In this document: positions 26,370 through 35,300 of the stretch, in pieces
Position numbering within the stretch: position 1 is the first letter of the stretch
How the letters are laid out: every line of letters begins with the position of its first letter
Virus record (IMG/VR): IMGVR_UViG_3300033141_005196
Location: 1-52,194 of that record
Reading direction: 5' to 3' (one strand)
DNA: 52,194 nucleotides
Source of the DNA: a virus
Taxonomy: Duplodnaviria; Caudoviricetes
The notes under the pieces: model-generated
Told to the model about the DNA's origin: nothing
The model's database searches: none
What the model saw: the letters and a program-made list of their open reading frames with translations, nothing else
Program-made: the position numbers and the translations under genes

Positions 26370-27091
26370 TGCCACGATACATAAACCTTCACATTATCAA
26401 TATAACAAGTATTTCCAGATGCATTCGCCGGAGCAACCAATGTCGTGTATGTTCCACTTACAGGGGTAAACGCCGTTGACCCATAAGTGGTGGTACCATC
26501 CACATCAAGTGCCATATAGTTTCCACTGTGATCTGTTGTATCCCACTTGGCAGTTATACTGACCTTACCGCCAGTGAAAGCGTTCGCCGCAGAAGCGACG
26601 GTCCATGTAGTGCCCCAGTTATGTCTTATCTGGAAATAAACTTTGTTATTGTCGGAGTATACCATGATGACTTTAACGTGATCGCCATCGACATCTCCGA
26701 TGTATACGGCGTTCTGGGTAGCAGTATAAGAACTGCAATAAATGTCAAATGAGATAGTTCCTTTGTTTTTGTCCCAATTAAGCGGAAAAGTGGTATTACC
26801 AGTTCCAAGTGCAAGTGAATGAGTACCATCTGAAGGCCAGTTGGTTGCCGTTTGCGTCGAGATAGAGGCATCAGAGCCTAACGTAAGGCTTTTGCTAGCA
26901 TTGTCGGAACAGCCACAGGGAGTACCAGTTTCACAGTCTACATTTTCGAGGTGATGAGCAAGTGATAAGTCACCACTACAGTCATCACAACCAGATTGCG
27001 TATTGACCACAGGCCCACGTACGATAATAGTCGCTCCGGTACAAGCGAAGAAAACATACAACAAGGCTAAAAATATTATGAATTTTTTCAT
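26366..27091 (-). CDS. Signal-peptide beta-sandwich (LamG/lectin-like) protein
   Basis: MKKFIIFLALLYVFFACTGA; KGTISF, LDVDG, YIDNVKVY. Confidence 0.65.
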   Translation of the reverse strand: MKKFIIFLALLYVFFACTGATIIVRGPVVNTQSGCDDCSGDLSLAHHLENVDCETGTPCGCSDNASKSLTLGSDASISTQTATNWPSDGTHSLALGTGNTTFPLNWDKNKGTISFDIYCSSYTATQNAVYIGDVDGDHVKVIMVYSDNNKVYFQIRHNWGTTWTVASAANAFTGGKVSITAKWDTTDHSGNYMALDVDGTTTYGSTAFTPVSGTYTTLVAPANASGNTCYIDNVKVYVSWQ

Positions 27092-29703
27092 TGGCTTATC
27101 CCATAGCGAATGGTTAACGGCCCACTGTATGAGTCAACCGTTGACGAGTCATTCGTGCCATCGTCCCCATCTCTGGCAACCCTTATCACCCAGAGATTCC
27201 CGGCAGTGAGGTTGCTCTTCCAATTGGTGAGCGTATCGCCGCCTGCCGTCTCTACGTCACCGTCAGCACCGCTTGCATCGGCGGTATAGCTGAGGTTCAC
27301 AGCATTACCTACGGTGCCTGTGTAGTCAGCGGAATCGGCAACCGAGGCCATAGAGATCACATAGTCGTGGTCGTTTGTGTCAGCCCCGCCAAGTCTGAAT
27401 TTGAACCAAGCGACGAGGTCCACACTTGTATCAATGTCCCGTGGAACCTCAAGGCGATATTCGACATAGTTTGTGGCCTCGTCCGCATCATCAGCAAACT
27501 TGGCTTGGCCATAATATTCGTTCGTATCCGTGGTATCGAGTCCGGCTTCAACGCCGCTTCCGACCATATGCGGGTGGGTGAGTTGAATGTAACCGTACAT
27601 CTTCACGGTGTTGCCAGTCGCGTTGGCGTCGAGGGTTGTATTTGTCAGAGTCTTTGAATCAGAAGCATAGTTGGTAAGCTCTGTCTGCACGTAGGCAGTC
27701 GTGGCAACGCTCGTGTCATTATCATCAGCTGCCGGGGTTGTAGCAGTGGCTGCGCCGATTGCTGGGGTTGTAAGCGTCGGTGAGGTTGCAAGGACTATAG
27801 AGCCGCTACCAGTTGTGCCATTGGAGAGGTTTGAAGCGGCTATCTGCGAGCCGTTGATCTTGTAGTTCTTGCCCGAGGCTAGGTTGATGTCCTGAGCTAC
27901 TTCGAGGTTCCCATCAGCGTCTATTTGCATCATGGTTGTGAGGTTGGAATTGACCTGCGTCTGGAAATAGATGTCAATGTCCTCACTCCCAGCGTTCGCA
28001 TCCGAGGCATCAACGTAGATTTTGGCGTCAGTAGACTCTGAGGCGGAATCTGAGTCGTCAAAAGTCATGGCTGGTTGCGCTGATGCACCTGTCTGCACGC
28101 CGTTTGTAGCAGTAATTGTACCCGCACAGGTAAGATCACCTTCTGTATCAAGAGCGAACAACTCCGTGAAGTTGGCGTCGCCATCATCTTGGGCACCTCG
28201 ACCGATCTCAAATATTTCCTGATTGGCAGGGACTCCGGCATTGCCAGTATCGACAGCAATCGTGACCATCGCATTGTCGGTACCGGACGAGGCGGTCTTG
28301 GCAGTCTGGATGCTGAGCGTGTCCTCGTCGGCTTCCTCATAAGAAAGAAGCCAGTCTGCGTCTGTGCCAAGAGCTAGACGGAAATCGTCTGCCAATTCTA
28401 TGTTGGTATCGTCATAGACGAAACTGCCTATACCGCCGAAGCTGCCACCATCGTTATACTGAATCTGAGTGTCGGAGCCGCCCGGTGTCCCTCCCGCACC
28501 ACCACCATCATCATCTACCTCTTTCCAGGTGTTAGTCGAAACGCAGATATAGAGCGAACCATTTGTATCCGCGTCAGTGTCAACGTACAGCTCTCCCGTG
28601 GTGCAACTCGCAGGAAGTGAGGTGCTTGAACCAGTTTGGAGTGTATCGCCTGGCTCGTAGAATTGACTCACATCCGACAAGGCCGAATAGAGTCCTGCCT
28701 CGTTGGTAAGCGTCCCCTCCTTTGCATCAAGCTGGGTCTGGATTGCAGAAGTCACGCCGTTTAAATACTGAAACTCGGTGTTTGACACCGATCCATCCGC
28801 GATCTTGCTTGCGTCAATCGCAGCGGAGGCATTGATGTCTGCATTAGCAATAGTACCATCCAGAATATGTGTCGAGGTTACATCCCCCGTTTCCAGTGCG
28901 TCTTGTTTGCCATTGAAAGTGTTCCAGTCAGTAGATGTTAGAAATCCTTTGGCTGTGCTAGATGCTGCCTGACCATTAGCGTAGTCTATGGAAATGTTGC
29001 CCGAGGAAGAGTTGAAATCGTTCGCGTCAAAAGAGGCAATTCCCTTGGTGCTGCCGTCCGCCACCGCGTCTGTACCAGCGATGCTAGTAGTAGAGATTGA
29101 CAGACCAGTGCCAACAGTCAACCAACTTACATTGCCAGCAGAGTCATCCCAAAACATGATGCGGTCAGCGTTCGGATCGCTTAGACTTGCTCCGGTGCCG
29201 CCGTCATCCAGTGCCACATCAGCACTACCGGGAGCATAATAATCAGTGCCAGGAGTAGCTGCTGACCACCCACCAGAACCGTCACCCTTTCCGATCCCAT
29301 TCACAGACTCAAGTCCGGTCACAACAACTTCATCAGTCAGTGTCGCATCTGATTGATTCACGTAATAGTGTGCATCTGATGGTGCTCCGCCAGCAGTAGA
29401 ACTTAGCGTGGTTCCACTAATTGATAGTCCCGTGCCAATATCCAGCCAATCAACTTGCCCGGTTGAGTCATCCCAGAAAAGTATTCTGTCGGCATCAGGA
29501 TCACTCAATGTAGCATCGGTACCACCCGCCCCCAGATCTATATTTCCATCCGCATCAGTGTCATATGTTGACTTCTTCATGTCTCCAGTGCCAGCTCCTC
29601 CTGGAGGGGCACCATATGGTGAGCCTGGATACTGCGCCTGGACGCCTCCAACAAAGAGGAGTGCACTGACTAAGCTGATAAGAAGCAGTTTTAGTTTTTT
29701 CAT
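27088..29703 (-). CDS. Tail-fibre-like D/T/S/G-rich protein with N-terminal signal peptide
   Basis: MKKLKLLLISLVSALLFVGGVQA; fibre-type motifs (LNGVTSAIQTQLDAK, GGSDTQIQYNDGG.FGG, TGSGSIVLATSPTL, ATTAYV); 45-aa internal duplication. Confidence 0.75.
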   Translation of the reverse strand: MKKLKLLLISLVSALLFVGGVQAQYPGSPYGAPPGGAGTGDMKKSTYDTDADGNIDLGAGGTDATLSDPDADRILFWDDSTGQVDWLDIGTGLSISGTTLSSTAGGAPSDAHYYVNQSDATLTDEVVVTGLESVNGIGKGDGSGGWSAATPGTDYYAPGSADVALDDGGTGASLSDPNADRIMFWDDSAGNVSWLTVGTGLSISTTSIAGTDAVADGSTKGIASFDANDFNSSSGNISIDYANGQAASSTAKGFLTSTDWNTFNGKQDALETGDVTSTHILDGTIANADINASAAIDASKIADGSVSNTEFQYLNGVTSAIQTQLDAKEGTLTNEAGLYSALSDVSQFYEPGDTLQTGSSTSLPASCTTGELYVDTDADTNGSLYICVSTNTWKEVDDDGGGAGGTPGGSDTQIQYNDGGSFGGIGSFVYDDTNIELADDFRLALGTDADWLLSYEEADEDTLSIQTAKTASSGTDNAMVTIAVDTGNAGVPANQEIFEIGRGAQDDGDANFTELFALDTEGDLTCAGTITATNGVQTGASAQPAMTFDDSDSASESTDAKIYVDASDANAGSEDIDIYFQTQVNSNLTTMMQIDADGNLEVAQDINLASGKNYKINGSQIAASNLSNGTTGSGSIVLATSPTLTTPAIGAATATTPAADDNDTSVATTAYVQTELTNYASDSKTLTNTTLDANATGNTVKMYGYIQLTHPHMVGSGVEAGLDTTDTNEYYGQAKFADDADEATNYVEYRLEVPRDIDTSVDLVAWFKFRLGGADTNDHDYVISMASVADSADYTGTVGNAVNLSYTADASGADGDVETAGGDTLTNWKSNLTAGNLWVIRVARDGDDGTNDSSTVDSYSGPLTIRYGISQ

Positions 29704-30026
29704 GGCGCGTACTCCACTGTTACCTGAATAGTTCCATTTGATCCATTCGTCTTATTAATAAATCTGAACGACTGAATCGCATCTGTTCCAGTTAACTTCA
29801 AAGACTGATCTGCATACAAAATATGTCCTACACCAGAAACGCCCTGCGTAGGATTTACTCCACCCAACGCAAAGCGAATATCACTGCCTTCACAGGTGAT
29901 TAACACCCCTATAACCGGATTTGCAGAATTTAAGGTTACTTCATTAATCAGCACCTTCACGGCATCTCCTGCAACTATCCGTTGGGTCTGTTCTGGCTGT
30001 CCAGTCAAGCCTATGTAATATCTCAT
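29700..30026 (-). CDS. Small beta-rich virion-associated protein
   Basis: RBS GGAGGT; tail-fibre region. Confidence 0.65.
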   Translation of the reverse strand: MRYYIGLTGQPEQTQRIVAGDAVKVLINEVTLNSANPVIGVLITCEGSDIRFALGGVNPTQGVSGVGHILYADQSLKLTGTDAIQSFRFINKTNGSNGTIQVTVEYAP

Positions 30027-30038
30027 AAGCCTACCTCC

Positions 30039-30386
30039 CTAGTTACTCTTCTTCCACTTCGGTACGGTGTATGGTATTTGAACCGACGTAACAGGAACAA
30101 ATACCAACTTGTAAATAACCAGCTTCCTCGGAACTGTGGCAGGATCGGAGTTTTCGTTAACAAAGTCTAGAACCTGCTCTAGCGTCAACTTCTTACTTGC
30201 ATCCTTCTTATCCCTGAACAAAACGAAGCTCTCAACTGGAAAGCGCAGGGCTATGCCATCTTCGCCATAGACCTTATCCTCGATAAGATTGAGCCTGATT
30301 GCATAAAGCGGATCGGCACTAGCCTTCGTCACGATCACTCCGGAGCTTACGAACAACAGGCTGAGAACGATCACGAGCCACTTCAT
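30039..30386 (-). CDS. Signal-peptide hypothetical protein
   Basis: MKWLVIVLSLLFVSSGVIVTKASA-DP; RBS GGAGGTG. Confidence 0.65.
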   Translation of the reverse strand: MKWLVIVLSLLFVSSGVIVTKASADPLYAIRLNLIEDKVYGEDGIALRFPVESFVLFRDKKDASKKLTLEQVLDFVNENSDPATVPRKLVIYKLVFVPVTSVQIPYTVPKWKKSN

Positions 30387-30750
30387 ATACATCACCTCCC
30401 TCCAAGAATTTCCGTTCCTCAAGAACTGCTGCGAACTTCGCCATTACCATCACGGCTTGTTCCATAGAAAGCAGTAGATTGCCAATTGCCTCAACCTTAC
30501 CACTCAAATCTGCAAAGCAGCTATTGTTTTTGTGCACATCACTCTGCAATCCCCGAAAGGCAGCTTCCTGATGATAAAGCTCTTGCACCCAAAATGCAGG
30601 CAAGAACACTTTCTCCTTCCGAAGCTCAGGTGCAGCGAGAGGCTGTCCTGTTTCTTCACTACGACGCTTTTCCCAGGTGATCTCAACCGTTAGTGCCTTG
30701 ATTACCTCATCTCGTACAATTTGTCTTAGCTTCTTTTCACTCAGAATCAT
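30319..30750 (-). CDS. Hypothetical coiled-coil protein
   Basis: 143-aa ORF in operon. Confidence 0.65.
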   Translation of the reverse strand: MILSEKKLRQIVRDEVIKALTVEITWEKRRSEETGQPLAAPELRKEKVFLPAFWVQELYHQEAAFRGLQSDVHKNNSCFADLSGKVEAIGNLLLSMEQAVMVMAKFAAVLEERKFLEGGDVYEVARDRSQPVVRKLRSDRDEG

Positions 30751-30752
30751 AA

Positions 30753-31400
30753 TTAAATATCCGGATAAATTAAAATCCCTGTTGCAGCCAAAGGCCTCCA
30801 GCCGGCAGTGTGAGAGACAGTGTGTGTATGTGACACGCTCGTTGTGTAACTATCAAAATTCAGTTTTCCTTCAGTATCACCACTTGCTAACATGCCAAGA
30901 GGATTCTTTGCCGATTTGCTTATGGCTACTTCAGATCCTCCACTGTCGTATGTCTTATCGGCCGCCGAAGAGCCACCGTACTTGTACCACTGATGCACAT
31001 GCCCTCCACCAGAGGAGCTTAAGCCTGAGATAGTCCAACTTCCCTGAGAAGCATCTCCACCAGTAACATAGGTAGATCCGCCTTTCAAGCTCAGGATTAC
31101 ATCGGTAACCGAACTATCCCTTGCCCAACCTTCAATTGCAGAGTTAGCGTAGATCCAGATTTTCAGGTTAGAGCTTCCAGCAAGAAATCCATACCAAGTA
31201 TTTGATCCACCATTATACGCATAAAACTTCACCAAGTGCTTTGTTGTATCATACCACTGCTGCCCCAGGACTGGAGAGCTTGGAGTGCTGGTTCCCGAGA
31301 ACGTAGTTCTCAACGTTTCAAACATCAACTCAATATTCGACATCGTCGTATCAACAACGGTTGAGGTTGTGTAAACATTGCTAGTCCAATCTTGAGACAC
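30753..31400 (-). CDS. Short tail-fibre/collar-like protein
   Basis: FSGTSTPSSPVLGQQWYDT and H.H motifs; GTG start with RBS GGAGG. Confidence 0.7.
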   Translation of the reverse strand: MSQDWTSNVYTTSTVVDTTMSNIELMFETLRTTFSGTSTPSSPVLGQQWYDTTKHLVKFYAYNGGSNTWYGFLAGSSNLKIWIYANSAIEGWARDSSVTDVILSLKGGSTYVTGGDASQGSWTISGLSSSGGGHVHQWYKYGGSSAADKTYDSGGSEVAISKSAKNPLGMLASGDTEGKLNFDSYTTSVSHTHTVSHTAGWRPLAATGILIYPDI

Positions 31401-31413
31401 CTTCTACCTCCCC

Positions 31414-31437
31414 GTAATTTTACCGCGTTAAAGTTAC
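31414..31437. promoter_or_regulatory. 24-bp palindromic site, copy 4 (GTAATTTTA-CCGCGT-TAAAGTTAC)
   Basis: 23/24 identical to copy 3, same orientation. Confidence 0.8.
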
Positions 31438-34352
31438 GTTCTCCAATATGCCGTAAAGTGCTTCACCTTTGCATTGGTTGACCAATCAGGGTCAATGATC
31501 CGAATCTCGTACTGAAAATATCTCGCGGTGACTATCGCAGACAAAACCTCCATTTTCTTTACGATACTTGTCAAGTTCCCTGACGTATCACCATATCTTA
31601 GCTGTATTTCAACTTGAGAAGCTATATCACTTTGCACCAATCCTCCCCAAGTGCTCGTTTCAGCATTGATATCCACCCATGTCTCTGGATCTGGAGCAAT
31701 ATCTCCCCAAGTATTTCCAGCTCCAACAAGGACAACAGAGGTGTCGATGTATACAAGATATGTATCCGATGTCGTAAGATCATACTCAGGACTGATATAC
31801 TTTCCAACTAGCCAATCAACCCTAATCAAACAGCATGAAGTTGTAGCTTCATGCCACGAGCTATCATAATACCACCTAGATTCGTCCCAAGTCGTTGAAG
31901 CATCTGTCCTCCAATTTATCGTATTAGTATAGTCACCAGTAAGATCATTACCGTCAAGCACTACGTAATACTTCGTATCTTCCGTCAGATCAATTGGAGT
32001 GCTGAAGCTAAACTGAACCCATCCAGCAGTGGTACTGATATTTGATACATCTTTAGCTGTACTCTCCCCAATGGAAGTATTTGGTCCAGAACTGTCATCG
32101 TAGATATATGCCTTGAGATTACCACTTGGTGATCCCACTCTTTTTATCTTCACTTTGAGCTTGTCGAGACTAATATCGCGAACTGCATGAAAAGACTGAG
32201 CGCGAATTAATGCTACATCTGAAGAGTTATGCAATCTTATACCACCATCATCCTCAGTAATCCCTCTCGCCGCCTGGAGATAATCTGTCGAGTCGTAAGT
32301 TACATGTTTGGTATTTCTATGCGTTCCTACACCATCATAATCACAAGTCTGCGTTGTAACGCTCGTGCCCCATGCCTTAGGAGTTGGAACTGTTACCGTT
32401 CCAGACCGAGGTGTCGATCCATAAACCCCGGCAGAGGAGAGACTATTCAGAAAGAAAGTATGCTCACCAGGTCTTACGCCATAAAGGTACAAATTTGGAG
32501 ATGAAAGTCTTGCAAGAAGAACACCTCCAGACCACGTAGATCCCCACCTGCACTCATACGCGACGATGTCGGGATCTGAAAGCTCCGGAGCGTATAGCGT
32601 AACCGCGTTGTCATTTACCACGATGGACACTTCATCAAGAGAGTTTGGATTATTAGTTGATATTCCAACAATCGTTCGAGAGATCTTTGGAGCGGTCTCA
32701 AAAGTTTCAGCGACATCATAGATAGAAACAGCTTGCAAGACTACATAGTAAGTTTGACCCTCTTCTACAGGATCGAGGTAAAATGATGCATTAGTCGTGA
32801 ACTGCTGCTTAAAGTCCACGTTGTCCAAAGATACCCAAACTCGAATCTCTTTAATTGGCACTCCATCAGAAGGCAGGTCGAAGTCGATGTACCATCGGAT
32901 GTAAGTCCTTCCTCTGTAGTCATATGTCTCCTCAGTATCTGCATCGATGTTAGTTACTGACTCAGGCTTCTCTTTTGGATCAGGCAAAGTGCAGTTGTAA
33001 ATAGTTTGTGTTGACACATTGTAGTCGTCATCATAGAGCGATACATCCTCATACATCATTGTAAGATTGACAGTCTGCCCAACGCCTTTCGAAACTTCAG
33101 TAATTCGCATCAGCTCATTAGAAATCCCGAGAGCACTTACACTCAAGTTGATGACATCAAAGGGCTCTAGCTTCAGACACTCAATTGCAAATGTTCCACT
33201 GACAATCCTATCCAACTGCAACCGCTCAAGACTGTAAGTGCCAATCTGGCCGGCCTGAGTACGACTCGTACATCCTACAAGACTCAAAACCTTCGTAACT
33301 CCAAGAGTATCACCGACTGTGATTTTATCGACCGCATAGTTGTTCTCTGCATCAATATACTCAACCTGCATAGCATCAGGCTTCTTAAACAACCCTGGCT
33401 GCGTTACAGTTATTTGCATCTTACCACTTGTGTCTCGTACAATGTGATCGTCATCAATATCCATCACAGTTGCTTCGTAGTTGACGTCCAAATATCTCAG
33501 CACATACTTTCCATTTGATCGAACCATAGAGCCATGAAAGTGAGACAAAATCGAATCAATCACATCTTGCCCAGCTCTACTACCTTCAAAGACTGCATTC
33601 AACTCCCAACCTTTCAAGTCGCAGTAATTTGCAGCCGAACTCCAAGAGGCAAGGTCAATCTTGTCAGAGTCAATACCCATACCGTAGCGATCGTTAGTCA
33701 TGTAGTCATATAAACAAAGTACAGGATTTGCAGACCATGCAGTCGTGTCGTCCCGAAAGTCATAAACCTTCAGCCCCTTCAAAATGACAGTCCGTCGAGG
33801 GTATGAGTTAAAATAATCTCTGTCAAGTGTTATCTTCCAAACAATGTAGCACAGGTTTATTAGTGGATCTGTCCACTCAGAGAATGCCGAATTCAGCGTA
33901 GAATCGACACTCTGCGTGTTAGTGCCACTATGGAACCAGTAACTCACATTGCCTCCAAACTCAGTGTAGATAGTGTCATCTAGAAAGACCTGATCTACAC
34001 CATCATCTTGCAGAATACCTTCACACTCTCCTTCACACAGGCCCTGGACTACGTACATGTGATGATTGTCATGTCCCCTCGTATTTACATAAACATCATT
34101 CCCACCGATCTTTTGTGTTCCATAAACTACTCGAACATACTCCTGTGTAGATCGAGTATTTATCTGCAGTCCACGCTTAGCCGCGTCACTGAGTGGAGAC
34201 ATGTCCATATCTTCCTGGAGAATGGCATTGACTCCACCAGCTAGTAACGACGTTCCGATGAGAATGAACGGTGCAAGTGCCGGATTCGTATATGCAGCAA
34301 TAGCACCAATAACACTAACAGCTGTAACTAATGCTTCTCTTGCCTCTGGCAC
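31434..34352 (-). CDS. Tail tip / central fibre protein (lambda gpJ-like, Phage-tail_3)
   Basis: VVYG...IGGN, LCEGE, KGLKVYDFR, WSANPVLCLYDY....YG.G; FN3-like C-terminal half. Confidence 0.88.
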   Translation of the reverse strand: MPEAREALVTAVSVIGAIAAYTNPALAPFILIGTSLLAGGVNAILQEDMDMSPLSDAAKRGLQINTRSTQEYVRVVYGTQKIGGNDVYVNTRGHDNHHMYVVQGLCEGECEGILQDDGVDQVFLDDTIYTEFGGNVSYWFHSGTNTQSVDSTLNSAFSEWTDPLINLCYIVWKITLDRDYFNSYPRRTVILKGLKVYDFRDDTTAWSANPVLCLYDYMTNDRYGMGIDSDKIDLASWSSAANYCDLKGWELNAVFEGSRAGQDVIDSILSHFHGSMVRSNGKYVLRYLDVNYEATVMDIDDDHIVRDTSGKMQITVTQPGLFKKPDAMQVEYIDAENNYAVDKITVGDTLGVTKVLSLVGCTSRTQAGQIGTYSLERLQLDRIVSGTFAIECLKLEPFDVINLSVSALGISNELMRITEVSKGVGQTVNLTMMYEDVSLYDDDYNVSTQTIYNCTLPDPKEKPESVTNIDADTEETYDYRGRTYIRWYIDFDLPSDGVPIKEIRVWVSLDNVDFKQQFTTNASFYLDPVEEGQTYYVVLQAVSIYDVAETFETAPKISRTIVGISTNNPNSLDEVSIVVNDNAVTLYAPELSDPDIVAYECRWGSTWSGGVLLARLSSPNLYLYGVRPGEHTFFLNSLSSAGVYGSTPRSGTVTVPTPKAWGTSVTTQTCDYDGVGTHRNTKHVTYDSTDYLQAARGITEDDGGIRLHNSSDVALIRAQSFHAVRDISLDKLKVKIKRVGSPSGNLKAYIYDDSSGPNTSIGESTAKDVSNISTTAGWVQFSFSTPIDLTEDTKYYVVLDGNDLTGDYTNTINWRTDASTTWDESRWYYDSSWHEATTSCCLIRVDWLVGKYISPEYDLTTSDTYLVYIDTSVVLVGAGNTWGDIAPDPETWVDINAETSTWGGLVQSDIASQVEIQLRYGDTSGNLTSIVKKMEVLSAIVTARYFQYEIRIIDPDWSTNAKVKHFTAYWRT

Positions 34353-34732
34353 CGAAACACCCCAACGATTTCATACATCCCTAAAGAGGTCTTGACAATT
34401 CCCTCGTTCTCAACACCAACAAGTACTGAACCGTGTCCTGCATCCACCCCAAGAACCACCCGCGTCCCTCGTTGCATCACGAGCACATCTCCAGCAAATC
34501 TCTGACTCGGAGAGATTTCCTGGAGATACACTCTTAAAAACTCAAGAAGCACTCGCTTCGACAAGGTCGAGTCAAGCCTCTCGACGTCAGCTCTACTTAG
34601 ACCCATGAACCTATCAGGAACCTCAATACCCTGATTCCGCATCAACTCCAGCACCATATCCAAGCACGGAACGCTCGTGCCAGGCCTGAACCTACGTAAA
34701 AAGTTTCTGGACATAATCGCCAAGTTACTCAT
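34328..34732 (-). CDS. Tail-associated NlpC/P60-like protein (gpK-like, probably degenerate)
   Basis: Position between Dit and tip genes; CL..V, GDVLV, LGV..G.G; catalytic His not evident. Confidence 0.6.
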   Translation of the reverse strand: MSNLAIMSRNFLRRFRPGTSVPCLDMVLELMRNQGIEVPDRFMGLSRADVERLDSTLSKRVLLEFLRVYLQEISPSQRFAGDVLVMQRGTRVVLGVDAGHGSVLVGVENEGIVKTSLGMYEIVGVFRCQRQEKH

Positions 34733-35300
34733 TCAACAACCCTCGTAACTGAAGTCCAGTTGTAGCAAGGAATCTGTAAAAGACGTCAAAGTCCATATTG
34801 TCATCAGCAAATACAGCTCTGATCTTAAGATTCCCTGTGAAGTCGATGGTTATGATTTCCCCGCTTCCTGGAGCGCTAGTGAAGGTCAAGAGATCGGCGC
34901 CATCTGCACCTCCTCCAGAGCTAATCGAGTATCCTGAACTCTGTGTCACACCATCAAGTTTAACCGTGAAGCTGCTGCCATTCCTACAAGGTAGGTTGAA
35001 ACTTGTCGTACTTCCATCTCCAGTTCCAACATACTCATCCTCATAAGAGGACGAATATGGATAGAAGAAGTTAAACGCCTCGTAAGCCCCGCCTCTCGCA
35101 ATGTAAAACTCCCAAAGAGTCTTTATGTCCTCTAACTTCTTCTTGTCATAAACAACTCTGGGATTTCGTCTCGGATAAGTCCACTTCTGCCGTCGTTGTT
35201 CAGATCCAGACTCAAACTCCACCCTCATAGTTTGAAAGGATATTTGATCCGACAAAGGTGTTGAGATTTTGACTGATGTCTCGTCAGGAAATTTTGCCAT
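34725..35300 (-). CDS. Distal tail protein (DUF2460-like)
   Basis: SGSEQRRQKW..P, FY.ARGG....F.F, GTGDGSTT.F.L. Confidence 0.8.
   Translation of the reverse strand: MAKFPDETSVKISTPLSDQISFQTMRVEFESGSEQRRQKWTYPRRNPRVVYDKKKLEDIKTLWEFYIARGGAYEAFNFFYPYSSSYEDEYVGTGDGSTTSFNLPCRNGSSFTVKLDGVTQSSGYSISSGGGADGADLLTFTSAPGSGEIITIDFTGNLKIRAVFADDNMDFDVFYRFLATTGLQLRGLLNE

Noticed and set aside
24382-31400. Diversity-generating retroelement or invertase-driven fibre switching
   Set aside because: No reverse transcriptase, TR/VR pair or recombinase seen; all cassette genes are co-oriented
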